A DNA stretch of 64,000 bases from Cystobasidiomycetes sp. EMM_F5 (taxonomy: Eukaryota). The position numbers were made by a program, and so were the translations under genes. The stretch is taken from NCBI GenBank assembly GCA_051047955.1, contig JBPGPT010000002.1, positions 620,001 to 684,000 on the forward strand. Reading direction: 5' to 3'. Of this stretch, positions 39,175-52,356 are shown in pieces; position 1 is the first letter of the stretch; each line of letters begins with the position of its first letter. The notes beneath the pieces were generated by a model. It saw nothing but the letters and a program-made list of their open reading frames with translations, was not told the origin of the DNA and ran no database searches.

Positions 39175-39230
39175 TGCGGAAGGTGGAGGTATGGATGCGG
39201 AAGGTGGAGGTATGGATGCGGAAGCGGAGG
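39175..39230. repeat. 21-bp tandem repeat (TGCGGAAGGTGGAGGTATGGA), 2 full copies plus a partial one
   Basis: Directly visible, ~40 bp upstream of the DUF6533 ATG. Confidence 0.9.
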
Positions 39231-40480
39231 TTATGTAAGTTGGCTGACAGCTGAGGGACGCTAGTGGTGCTGGACGAAAGAGAGGAGAGCCACATGCCAG
39301 CCTAGCGTCCCTCGACTTGGGCAGATCAGCCGTTGAACCATTTGCAGCGTGCAAGATTCCGCATTAGCACAGCAGGCCGGCTTTCCCATAATCGAGAAAA
39401 TTTGTATTGCTCAGAGTCGTCGTGTGGCCAGACCGTTCCGGGCGGTTAGACTGGTCGCTTATGGGGGCATTTGGGTCGGGAAGATTGCGAACCCCGCAAA
39501 TTCTGCACTCTTACGGTAACTTCTCGTAAATTAGGCCTAGGAATTCGGACAACAGCACGGGCCGCGAGCGTGTTGTGATCTCGCTAAATTTGTCAGATAG
39601 TCAACCATTCTTCTGGGTGGAATTGAGGCCATCTGCAGCGACATCTATGCCTATACCTCACGCAGAGGGATGGTCGACTGAACCTGTGTTCTGATTCAAC
39701 GGTCCGTGAGAAGCGATACGACGCGAATGATGACATTAGCACTCGTGTACAGCGGTTGAACAGGTGTCATAATTTGCAACGAAGTGTCCGCAGCTCGGTG
39801 TTGTGAATCATACTTCTGCTGCCTTCTGGACACTGATACCGGTAGGAACGTCAGTCTCGGCTGCCTTCCCAACCATGCGTCGTACCTTATGCTGTGAACG
39901 CTACAGTGTACGATAACGCTTGCTGTGGGGCGGGGAAGCCTCACGGATGCTGTTGAAAGTCGTGCACAGAGATTGTGCATTCGGATGCTCAGGTCAACTT
40001 GTCAGTGATTTCTCTCATACTTCGCCGGGTGAACGCCGGCGATGGGTTCAGCATGGATATCGATCTCAGGCTCGCCGCGTCTCAATCAAGCTGGCTGGAA
40101 TTGGAGCACGGAACCTTCGAGGCCATCATTTGTCTCATCACCATCAGTGTCTGAGTTGTTGTAGGTCACCAAGCTATCCTGCCAATCTTGTCGTGCAACC
40201 ATTAGGATATCGGCAAAGGCGTCTGCAAACCTCATCAGTAACAGACATATACACTGAAGCTGACACTCACACCCGATTTCTCAGCTAACGTCAATAGACT
40301 TGCTTTGACTGCTGATGATAAGGATTGCCCCTATCGATATCTCTTTCCGGCAAGCCGAAACCTCGATTACCTGGAAAAGTGTTGTCATCGCCGCCTGAAG
40401 CTTTTAACCCCTCATGCTCAGCAGCGCTCAAGGCGAGCAGACTCAGCTTCTCTCCCATATCTTGATTGATACTGCACAAT

Positions 40481-43200
40481 ATGAATCGGGTGTCGGCAGA
40501 CACCGCAGTTGGGACGAATGGAGGTTCCAAAGTCATGGGTGGGGAAAAAGTCTGTGTGCGCGATGGCGGCAGCTCTGACAATCAAGCTGCAGACGACGAG
40601 AAGAAAGCAACAGCTAAAGGAGCTGATGAAAACGGCGAAGTCGTCGTCTCCTCCGTTGATAAAAGCAAGGATGGCATGTACGACCCGTCAAAGGAATCAA
40701 GATTAACGCGATTAGGCTTGACTTTCGAGAGTTTCAAACGAGCTCCTGGCTCTACTGGCGGTCAAGTCGTTCATGGAGCCCAAGGAGATACGGAAAAGCA
40801 CGGCGACAATCCTATGCTGCAGCAAACCATGAAGAATCGTCATCTCCAAATGATTGCAGTTGGCGGAAGTATCGGAACAGGATTGTTTATAGGCGTAAGG
40901 CAACGATGCAGTAGAGAAATCTGAACTGATTCAGTCTGCATAAACAGTCCGGAAGTGCATTATCCACTGGAGGTCCGGCGTCGCTTGTCATCGCCTGGAC
41001 AGTGATGGGAATCATGATTTTGAATGTAGTACAAGCTATCGGCGAAATGGCAATAATGTATCGTAAGTCTCTGAATAACGCACGCTCGGATCAAAATCTT
41101 TAATCGATTCCTCCATGCAGCCGTCTCGGGCGGATTCTACACTCTCGTTTGTCGATTCCTGGATCCTGCATGGGGCGTAGCAATGGGTTACGACTATATC
41201 CTCCAATGGGCCGTGACTTTGCCGCTGGAGTGTGAGCTAGCATAATTTCCACTATTGCCGTACTCCTAATAGTCAGCACAGTAACTGCTGCAGGATTCAC
41301 CATCCAGTACTGGGATAGTCAAAAGATAGTCCCAATCGCGGTGTGGATTACAATCTTCGCCATTGTCATTATAGTATTGAACATTTTCGGGACCTGGGGC
41401 TTCGCGGAAGAAGAATTCTGGGGGTCTTGCGCAAAGCTACTCATCATCGTCATATTCATCTTCTCTGCTCTGGTCTTTGTCAATGGAGGCGGGCCGCGCA
41501 GCGGCGACTATGGTTCATATACTGGCGGTCATCTTTGGTACGACCCCGGCGCATTTGCCTACGGCTTTAAAGGTCGCCTTTCTATCTTCTTCTTCCCTTC
41601 TTCTCGCTTATGCTGTACTTGCAGGTCTGTGCTCCGTTTGGGTAACAGCTGCTTTTAGTCTGGCCGGAACAGAAGTAAGTCTGATTCCAAGCTGCGCGCA
41701 AATTTCGACTAAAGCGGTGTGCTCAGCTTGTTGGACTGGCTGCAACAGAACACCCCAACCCACGCAAAGCAGTGAGTTGCAGTATCGCACTGAGCGAAAA
41801 AGTTTCTGAAACCCTACCTCGTGTCAGTTACCATCTGCCATCAAGGCGACTGTTTGGCGAATTAGCCTGGTTTACATCGTATCACTCACCATGATTGGTC
41901 TTTTGGTTCCATATGACGATCCACGCCTGCTTGGAGGTGCGCGCTCGGACACGGCCTTGTCTGCAACCATGCTGAATCTTTCGTCCACAGGCAGCAGCGA
42001 TAGCAACACCAGCCCATTTGTCATCGTATACGCTAAAGCAAACGTAGCCGGATTGCCCGATCTCGTCAACGCCGTCATTACTGTTTCTGTTCTCAGTGTT
42101 GGGATGAGCTGCGTATATGCTGGAAGCCGGACAATGCTCGCTATGGCCGAACAAGGCTACTTACCAAGGTGTGTCCAACATAGGTGTGATGAAATTGCCA
42201 TTGATGTGACTCGCCCATAGACTGTTCACATATGTTGACAAAGCGGGACGGCCGCTATGGGCAGTGCTGTTTATTCTTCTCTTTTTTCCCCTCGGTTCGC
42301 CGTATTACCCATGACACCGAGAGACTATGTGCTGATCTGCATACTAACAGCTTACATCAATCAAAGCCCTGACACCGGCACGCAAGTCTTCAATTGGCTT
42401 ATCGCCATTTCCGGCCTGTCCACGGTCTTTATGTGTGAGCAGTAGTCTCCTCATCTTTTTATGACATGTCTAATGATCTATGTATCATCGAACTCAAAGG
42501 GCTATCCATATTATTAGTACGCCTGCTAACAGCCCCGCGCTCATTCGCTGACAACACAAGTTTGCTTGTAGGCTCACGTTCGCTTCCGAATGGCATGGAA
42601 GGTAACGATTTGTTATGAACCGATATCTGTGCACTGCTTACTGTTGCCCGCCTCCGCTCTCTCGTTCTCCTTTCTTCCTATCTGTCTCCTTTCCATTCGT
42701 TATGTGCAGGCCCAGGGTCATTCAGTCGATGAATTGCCATTCCGGGCACTTGGCGGAATTTGGGGGTCTCTGCTTGGGGCGTTTATCCTGATCATCGTCC
42801 TTATCGCTCAGGTGGGGTTTTCATCACTGCCGCAGTGCGTCGTGCGTCTGATTCGTCAGGCTAGTTCTACATTGCGGCGTTCCCCATTGGCTCGAGCAGT
42901 GACGATGACCCGGCTGAACGAGTGCAATCGTTCTTCGAAGCATACAGTCAGCACATTACACAAGCCCTTATAATTTGGCAAAAAAGCTAACCATTCCGCA
43001 TAACAGTCTCCTTCCCTATCGTCATCGTCTTCGTTATTGGCGCATACTTGTGGAAGCGCACACGCCCCCTCAAGCTTCAAGAAATTGACCTCGTCTCTGG
43101 CAGGAAGTGCTGGGAATCTGCAGAGGAGCTGAATGTATGGCGGGCCCGCACAAAGTCCTGGCCATTATATAAGCGTGTCCTACATACTCTGTTTGGATGA
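40481..43200 (+). CDS. Amino-acid permease (YAT/APC family), highly intron-split
   Basis: MKNRHLQMIAVGGSIGTGLFIG, GEMA..YP.SGGF, AAFSLAGTELVGL, SPFVI, YAGSR, VDKAGRP. Confidence 0.93.
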
Positions 43201-43468
43201 AGGCGAGATGAAAGCCGCGGCCGCGTAGATCACGAAGGAGCGACCAGATAATACTTTCGATAATAATTTAGCGGGGCGGAATGCAGGTGCACTGCGATGC
43301 CAGCTATCGAGCTTTGGAATAGGAATGTTATGAGCAGCAGCAGCAGATATGTTACGAGTCTTCATACGGTGCAGAATAGGAGGCAGTACTGTAACCTACG
43401 GTCCGTGTCCAGGTACGCGTAGAGTGTGACGCATTCCGACCAATGGTACGGAAGCCATCTCATGATAC

Positions 43469-45693
43469 ATGAGCATTCTGTTGCCTGTTCATGACTCGAT
43501 GATGCGGTCGCGCAAGAGCTCGGCCGGCGACGATGAAACACTGATGGAGCTGTTGCCGCAAGCGCCGCGGTCGTCTATCAATCCAGTCGCAGAGGGCACA
43601 CGGCGGGATGCTGCGAAACACAGCATGGTCAGCTCTAACAACAACAACAGTGACCGCTTAAAAGCGTTGGCGCATCGCTATCGGTGGCCTTTAGGGCTGG
43701 GCCTACTCTTGTGCGCACTGGTGCTGTTTACCAGCCAACAGGCATCAAGCGAGACCAGACGTTCAAGGACAACTCTAGCCGAGCATCTGAGCTCTTTCGG
43801 CTCGTCCAGGTACCTATCTCCAGAGGAGGCTTTCGAGGAGCAGGACGGACTATTGTTTCTACAGGACCGAGCACGTCCCGACAACATCTTTTACAAGTCT
43901 GTCCACCCGATAATATATTTGATGAAAAGAGCCAAAGAAGAATGGCAAAACAAGCTGGCCAGTCAATCCAAAACACTCGAAGAGGCCGTCCGGACGTATG
44001 AGATAAAATACGGTCGTCCTCCGCCAAAAGGTTTCGATAAATGGTACGGTACGCAAACGATTACCTAAACGGAACATCTCGTTCTAATGCTCTAGCTCAG
44101 GTGGGGCTTTGCACAGGACAACCACGTATTACTGGTCGACAATTACGATCAGATCTATCGCGACATGCTTCCCTTCCTAGGTTTGCCGTCTGAACCGCTC
44201 AAGAGAAGGTCGACAGAGCTTGTTGATGATCCTGGAAACTATTACTACCAAGGATCGTTCACATTCCATATCGTAAACGGGGCCGTCGCAGATGTAAGCG
44301 GCGGAAAAAGTGGCCATAAAAGAGTGGAAGAACAGCTTCATCTGCTAGACAGAATTGTCAAGTATCTTCCAGATATGAATATAACGATATGGGCACACGA
44401 CACGCCAGTCATGCATGTCGCAGGCGAAAAGCGGCAAGAGCTCGAAGATCTTGCCCGGCTAGGCAAAAGTAAGCTGAGCCGAGTGTTATTTCTTACGACC
44501 CAAATGTGCTGATGCTTTCTGATCAGCTCTGCCGGAAAATCGATGGGGTGACTGGGGCGACCTTCCAGAGTACGTTGGATGGGAAGCCTTTTGCCTTCCA
44601 CATTCGAAACTGCGCAATTATATTGGAGGAATTGAGCCACCATATTCACCGAACCCTTCCTTCATAGGCGATTTATACGAAGCAATCGACTTCTGTGCGC
44701 ATCCCGAGAATCTGCCCTTACATTCTTTGACCGGCAATTACGGCGTAGGGCCCCGCGCTGTCAATCTGTCACCGGTCTTTTCGCATTGCAAGCTCTCGTT
44801 ATATTCCGATATCGCCATCACGCCCCTCGAGCAGTTCGATGATGATGTGGGACCAGATCCGGAATGGTCTATGAAGACAGATAACATGGTGCTTTGGCGC
44901 GGATCCACAACAGGTTCGCGATATGACCGAGGCATCATCTGGCGAGCGGCACAGCGTATACGTCTGGCGCTCCTCACAAATAGCAACTCTGAGCACATCC
45001 GAAAGCGCATCTACACAACCGGCACGGACAACTTCACCCTCGCCGCATATGACGAGAATCTGGGTCACCTCAACAAGCAAATGTTTGACGTACTGTTTAC
45101 TGGCGAGCCGCAGCAATGCAACGTCGGTGATGGGACTTGTGAGCGAATGAAGCATCATCTGCCCTTCGCAAGCAAGCGGATGCAGCCACAACAAGCGAAC
45201 CAATACAAGTATGTGCTCGATGTCGACGGTAATGGTTGGAGTGGGCGTTTCCACCGCCTCATGCGATCAAATGCAGCCGTACTGAAGAGTACAGGATTCA
45301 CGGAATGGTGGGGCGACCGAATCCAGCCATGGGTGCAGTGAGTTGACGCTTAGTATCGATGTCTTCACGAGGTTGAGGTTCCTGTCTGCAGCTTTATCCC
45401 GGTCAAGCTGGACTACAGCGACCTCCAGTGAGCGCAATATCTGTATCTTGCCATACCCTGACTAACAGATGGTCGGCAATCACAGCTCCATAGCATCTTT
45501 CTTTGTTGGTGATGACAAGTCGCCCGGGCATGATGCAGAAGGTAGAGAAATTGGCGAAGCCGGCAAGACCTTTGCTGCGCAACACTTGCGCTACGCTGAT
45601 ATGGAAGCGTACATGCTTCGCCTCTACCTGGAATATGCTCGAGTCATGGGTCGCGATCCGAACAATCCGTCAAACATGGACTATGGTGGTTGA
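43469..45693 (+). CDS. Glycosyltransferase family 90 (CAP10/Cxt1-like), copy 1
   Basis: Type II TM anchor; HPI..LM; YGRPPPKGFDKW; WRGSTTG; YKYVLDVDGNGWSGRF; DMEAYMLRLYLEYAR. Confidence 0.93.
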
Positions 45694-45962
45694 CGTGTCT
45701 GCCGATTTCGCATCAGTTGCAGTCCTCCTTTGGTAATAGTAGTACTCGTAGTCGTGTTTAGTGCAGCAGTTGCATAGGGTCACGCTGACAGAGAGTGAGC
45801 GAGTAGGAGCATTAGATTGGCAGTCTAGACTTCTGTGTTGGCAAGCTGTATGCAAGCACAGTGTCTTCGGGTCCGTCTCCGCTCAGCAGGGGCAACGAGG
45901 GGCACTTAAAGCATTTGTGAAGGCTACAAACAGGCTAAGGATGCTCTCAACCAACAGCAATA

Positions 45963-48017
45963 ATGACAAGGTCCCGCAAATCAATGCTGCTCGTCAGCCT
46001 GCTCGTTGCGGCTGCAGTCGCCTTCGTCAAGATTTCAATAAACAATCGTCATGGTGGCGTCGCGTGGGACCCTCGCTACAAAACTGGCAGACTGCTCAGC
46101 GGGCTGAGGACATACATAGACCGCGCTGACTATCTGACCTTCAATCAATCCTATGAAGAGCGTGATGGGCTGCTGTTGCTCAAAATCAGAGGTCACCCAG
46201 AAGCGGGATACAAGGCCATACATCCCATTCTATACTTGATCAAACAGGCCGAGATGGAATGGCAAAGAAAGCTGGCTACTCAGTCTCGAACACTTGCACA
46301 GGCTGCACACACGTACAAGCAGAAATATGGGCGGGCCCCTCCTCGAGGCTTCGATAAATGGTGCGGTATTTGTGGAGACGCGACGGAAATAAAGGGACTG
46401 ATTCGGCGTACGGGAACAGGTGGACGTTCGCGAAGGAGAACAACGTTGTACTCGTCGATAACTACGACCAGATTAATCGCGACATACTTCCCTTCCTGGG
46501 CATGCCTTCTGAACCTTTACGTGAATGGTCCAACGAACTCATTTCCGACACAAACAATCACATTCATCGCGGTTCCTTTACAGTTCACATCATTAATGGC
46601 TCCGTAGCACACCTCAGTGGGCCGCAAATGAATTGCTCGAGGGCAAAGCAACAACAGCAGCTACTTCAACGTATATCCCAGTTCTTGCCGGATATGAACA
46701 TAAGCATCTACGCTCATGATGGTCCTGCTCTCCGTGTGCCTGGCAACTTGATAGACGAATTGGAAGGACTTGCAATGGTTGGCCAAAGTGAGAAAGTCAA
46801 TCGGCCGTGCTCAGGTGAAGGGCTAATCATGTATTGACCAGCGCAAGCCAAGGACCGATGGAACACCTCTTCGCAATCATCGGAATACACTGGATGGTCA
46901 ACTTACTGTCGTCCTCAGTCCGCATATCGAAAATACTACGAAGGATCACATCATCAAGACCTTACCCTCCCGTCTTTCATCAAGGATGTGTACAAAGCAA
47001 ACGATTTCTGTGCACATCCTGAGAATGTGCCTCTGCACTCGGTTACTCACAATCACGCACTACCTCCCCCTGCAACACGTTTGTGGCCCTTGTTTTCGCA
47101 ATGCAAAATGTCTGTACATGCCGACATGACTGTAACACCCTTAGAGCAGTACGGCAAAGGTAACGGTAGAGACGTGCTGTGGTCAGACAAGCCGTACAAC
47201 AAGATTCTGTGGAGAGGGAGTACCACCGGACCTTCTCACGATCGCGTGACCAATTGGCGAAAGTCGCAGCGGATACGTCTAGCATTGCTAGCGAACAGCG
47301 TGTCGCAGAATCCTAACGCACGAGTGTACACTACCGCTTCCGATAATGTCACGCTGGCGGCGTACACTCCAGACCTGTCTCCTCTCAACAAACGCCTCTT
47401 TGATGTGCTATTGGCCGGAGGTCCAAAACAGTGTAGCGTGTCGGATGGAACTTGCGAAATTATGAAGCGGATTCTGCCATTTGCCGAATCTTCAATGTCC
47501 GAGGAGCAAGGCAATCTGTACAAGTATGTGCTTGACGTCAACGGCAATGGCTGGAGTGGCCGCTTTCAACGCCTGCTGGGGTCAAACGCGGCCGTCCTTA
47601 AAAGTACAGCCTTCACGGAATGGTGGGGCGACCGTATTCAGCCATGGGTACAGTCAGTTGGCAGGTGGTCTGCGTTTCCAAACAGAATTGACACCGCTTT
47701 GACAGCTTCATACCTGTCGAGATAGATTACAGCGACCTGCAGTAAGCGTTCTAAACATGTTTGCAACCTCAGCTGAATGGTTTCATGTCTCCCTGACAAA
47801 TAGCTCAATAGCATCTTTCTTCATTGGAGATGATGTATCGCTAGGCCACGACGCACTCGGCCAACAGATTGGTCAGGCTGGGAAAAGTTGGGCAGCTAAG
47901 CACTGGCGATTTGCAGATATGGAAGCGTACATGCTGCGGCTGTATCTCGAGTATGCTCGCGTCATGAGTCGCGATGCAGACAATCCGTCGAGCATGGACT
48001 ATGATGCAGCCAGGTGA
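45963..48017 (+). CDS. Glycosyltransferase family 90 (CAP10/Cxt1-like), tandem copy 2
   Basis: Same motifs and equivalent intron positions as copy 1, but YKYVLDVNGNGWSGRF. Confidence 0.9.
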
Positions 48018-48289
48018 CAGATGTTGGCGATACATTGTAGGTTGCGTTTCAGCAGTCTTTTGTGAAAGTGCAGTGCAGGAGACAGGAAGTCCAGGGAAAC
48101 AAGCACACATTAGGTGTGAACGGGAAGCAGCGCTGTCAACGCAAAGACCTCAGCAAGTGAGACTCCATAAAGACGTTAGCGTGATGGTGGTTAGCCTGTC
48201 TGTTGCCGGCATTCTGCCATAGGATGATGAGCTATATGCAGTACCCAATCATCAATCTCGTACACGTCTGCAGGAGAATCCAATCGCTT

Positions 48290-48918
48290 TCAATTTGACC
48301 TGTTGTCCATCTTTTCTTGCTTTCCACCCTCCTTTTGGGGTTTATCCTGCTTGCCATTATCGCTTCCGCTATCGCTGCTTTCCTGATGCTCAAGGGCGAT
48401 CAAGTTCAGTCCCATGATGCCTCCGGGCGTTGCTTTCTGGACTGCCTCCTCTTTCCGCTGAGCTAAGAGATGCTGTTGAGAGTGTAGGTAGTGCGACTTT
48501 ACAGTTTGTGCGCGCTTGATCTGGTGAGACGAATAGAGTAGCGTGCAAAGGCAGATTGTCGAGCTTCAGCCTGGGACGAAGAGCTTGCAGCATGTACCAA
48601 CCTCTTTGGTGTGGTGTAAGCATTCGAGGTAGTCTTCTTTCTGCGCGGTGCATTCCGTGCGAGTTTCGGCGTTGGCGAAGCATTTGGCGAATTCTGGACG
48701 ATAGCAGTGTCATGGTTGGCGCAGGGAGGCGATGTTACCAAAGACAGCTGTCAGTGCGGTCTCAGCGCTCAGTCTAGCAGGACTGCAGCTCACCCTGCCA
48801 GAACGGGTGACACCTCGAGCGCCCTCCGGCGTATCCGAAGCCAGACTGGACAACACGGAGCGGACATTCAGCAATGTTTTAGCAATTGTTGACCATCTTG
48901 CAGCAGACTGACCGCCAT
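48290..48918 (-). CDS. NDUFS5: Complex I subunit NDUFS5-like (twin Cys motif), 4 exons; not captured by the ORF track
   Basis: Spliced product MA|SGFGYAGGRSRCHPFWQ|EFAKCFANAETRTECTAQKEDYLECLHHTKE|IKRAQ.. Confidence 0.88.
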
Positions 48919-49089
48919 ATTTGTCTGATTGACGTCGGGGCCTACAGCTTTAGAGCAGCGTCTATCGAAGCAAAGGCAACCTGGCTGTTTCGAAAGCGGA
49001 TATAGGTCAAGCTTCTACCAACTTGGCCATGTTGGATGTAATTCTGCTCGTGTAGCATTCTGTCGTGCTCGTTCTGAGCTGCCACCGTT

Positions 49090-50747
49090 ATGGCAGCTGC
49101 CGTGCACCCATCCACTGCCACTCCCAATGCCCAGGCTGGGTCATCGACCAGCATGTCTACGGCAAGCCGGTCAAAGCCCGTCGCCAGCTCCTCCGGAAGC
49201 TCAAACGGCGTTTTGCTGACTCCGACAATAATGGTGCGTAGAGTCTCTTGAAATCGCTTCACGAAAGCATGTCCTCGATTTAAATGTGCAAACATGACCG
49301 CAATATAGCAGGACTGTCCGACTAAGCTCAAACAACTGACGATACATTCAATCATGTCCAGGCCAACTACAAACCAGCCAAAGTGTACAAGTCGCACATC
49401 AAGGAAGGGAAAGCCTACACGTCTCTTAGCTTCGACATGACAGGAGAGAAGTGCATGACTGCAGCAGAAGATCATGCAATGCAGATTTTCGATTGTCGTA
49501 CCGGACTGTAGGTCCATCTATGCAACACCTTGGCTTATAATGGCGTCTGATGTCTCCCGCCATCTCAGACACAGGCACACTGCATACTCCAAGAAGTATG
49601 GCGTAGGATTGGCACGCTTTACCCATCACAAGAGCAACATTGTTCACACCTCAACCATGGAGTCTGATGATATACGATACATGTCTTTGCATTCAAACAC
49701 CTACATTCGATACTTTATCGGTCACAAAAGGCGGTAAGATGCGATACATTGTATACCGGAAGCCGAATCGACGCTAATTTCACAAGGTCGGAACAGAGTC
49801 ACATCTCTCGAGATGTCGCCGGCAGACGACACTCTTCTTTCCGGGGCCCTTGACGATACTGTACGGTTGTGGGATGTTCGGTCGAGAAGTTGCGCTGTAT
49901 GTCTACGTTAGGCCCTTTCAATTCGTGAGCTAAACTTCTGCCATCTCTCAGGGAATGTTGAACGTTGCCGGGGTCCCTAGCGTGGCTTATGACCCATCAG
50001 GCATGATCTTTGCAACGGCATTAAATCTGAAACCTACGGTCCTTCTTTTCGACATTCGGAAGCTGGACTCGGAGCCCTTTGCCGATATCCCTCTCAACGA
50101 CAAGATTTTGGAGAGAGTCGGCTTCCCACCACGGATTCCTATCAGTACGAGCGTGAAATTCAGCAACGACGGGCAACATATCCTCATTTCGACAAGCGGC
50201 AATGTTCACTACGTGGTACATAGCTTCGATTACAAGATTGTGGCAAGGCTCGAAGGTATTTCAGTGTATACTGTTTCAGTTCACCACGCTGATGCGATGG
50301 TCATAATAGGTCACGAAGGGCTGGAAGCCTTCGGGCAGGAGCCAGACAGGCAGATAGCACCGCAAGCGGGTATCTCTGGCGAGGAGACCTCCTGGACTCC
50401 AGATGGGCGATTTGTCTTGTCGGGTGCGTCCAGGATATACTAGTCTTCCCGGATTACGGCGAGCTGACGGGATCATCGCAGGCTCAAATGACGGCAGGGT
50501 ATTTGTATGGGATGTGAACCCTCCTGCTAGCGATACAGAGGCGCACAAAGACCGACCGCCAGCCGGACCAGATTGTACGTTGATGCCTTGCAAGGTTCTT
50601 GAAGGACACAAGAATACGCCGTCTAGAGTCGTCAGGTATAACCCAAGATATAGCATGTTTGCGTCGGGCGGCATCGGAGAGCTTGCTTTCTGGCTTACGG
50701 ATAACAAAGATCCAGCTTCTGCAACGCAAGGATCTGGGCAAGCTTAG
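49090..50747 (+). CDS. SWD2: WD40 protein Swd2/WDR82 (COMPASS/CPF)
   Basis: [71 protein letters not shown]. Confidence 0.93.
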
Positions 50748-50914
50748 TTTGTTCCGCTGCCGGTCCGATTGTGGCAGTTCTTGTTGTTGTTCTCGGTATA
50801 ACGAAGGTGTTTCTCATGTCGACCATCTGAAGTGGTTTATTGCCCTACAAACTATGACAGGAATATGAGACGTCTGCCTTACGCCTCCGCGGGTCTCGCA
50901 TCCTCTTGACGCCA

Positions 50915-52043
50915 ATGACGACACGCTCCACCTCACCGAGCTCGTTGCGGTCGCTGGCAGGACATGGCAGGCTGACAGTCTTTGCGGCGCATCTCTGTCT
51001 TGCGTTGTCAGCAAGGAAGCATCTCCTCATTAGCCTGCCGCGAGGTCTGCACGAAGAGACCGTTTGCGACTCTATACACGACTTTAGCGATACTCTCGAC
51101 AGGCCCCGCAAGATCCGCTGCATCATTCCGTATGAAAGTGCTCAGTCATGGCAGAGTATACAGACAGATGACCTGCTGCGTAATCTATTCATCACCGAAG
51201 ACACATCTCAGGACAGCGACACGGACTATGCTTGGCGGAATAGGCCACTGCGCCCAAACGGCCGAGCTGAACTCCCGGACTTGCTTGTTCTCGGCGACCT
51301 GGATCAGTACACACCTCCACTCCAGGCCGCATTGAATAATCTGCTGCGAGACCGACGCTTCGAATTAGGCCACGAAGTCTACAATCTTCCGGACGACTTT
51401 CTAATTGTAGGCTCAGTTTCGGACGGAAGGCATGAACACCTCTCGCACCATGTGGTACGTGCTCCTCATAGCTTTGTACGACGTGGGCTTATGTTCAGGT
51501 CTGTTACGTCAGCTTGATCATTTTGGTCTGCATCTACGACTTTCGCGGGGGCAGAGCCAAACAATTGCACAGACTCCTCGATCCGACACTTCACCGCTTG
51601 TTCCAGCGTCTCCGCCCTTAGCCTGCACGCCGCCTTTGCGAACGTATGCAGCAGACTTGCTGTCCCATTTGCGTCACCATCACCTTCTTCACAGTTCTCT
51701 CCTTACTTACAGGTGTCCACCGGCATTTATACTGGAGACGGCATCTGTATGGGCGAAACTGAAAGCGAAGCATCACATCTCCGGACTTGTGGACCATGAC
51801 GGAGAGAGCGAGCAGCATGCACCGTCCGAAATCAGGCCGCAAGACATTCAAGAAGTAGTGCAGTCTTGCGTCTCACATCGTCTCAGACTTCGAAGTGAGC
51901 AAGATCAGCTGGCTGCATTCTGGACGGAGATCAAGGAGTCAGTCGATGAATCTGCCCAACAGCGTCAATCAGTTCCTACAGGAGCGGCTGCGCTGTCCCT
52001 TATTGAAGAAATCATAGAAGGCGTCATCAAGGATGTCCACTGA
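50915..52043 (+). CDS. Degenerate MoxR/AAA_3-like protein (possibly Mtc2-like), 2 exons
   Basis: PPLQAALNNLLRDRRFELGHEVYNLPDDFLIV and IRPQDIQEVVQSCVSHRLRL follow the MoxR pattern; Walker A is absent. Confidence 0.7.
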
Positions 52044-52356
52044 GTACTTGCATGGTTCGGGCTTTACATGAAAGCGATGGTCCGCGTGGTCCGACTTCCC
52101 TTCCCGTACCCAGACAAAAACCGTCTGTTTGCGGATCTGTTGGACATGCTATGCAAGCTCAAGTATAGCAAGATGTCCCAAAAACGAGCGGAGCGATTCC
52201 ATGACATGCAGACCGACATGGAGCCTTAAATGGCGTTGCGATCGTAATACGCTGGCATCCAGTCACTTGCATGACATGCTGATCAAGAACACAAAGAGTA
52301 TCTGATGGACACGATATAACGAAGCATTGGCTAGCTGCAGCATGTTGCAGCGTTTG

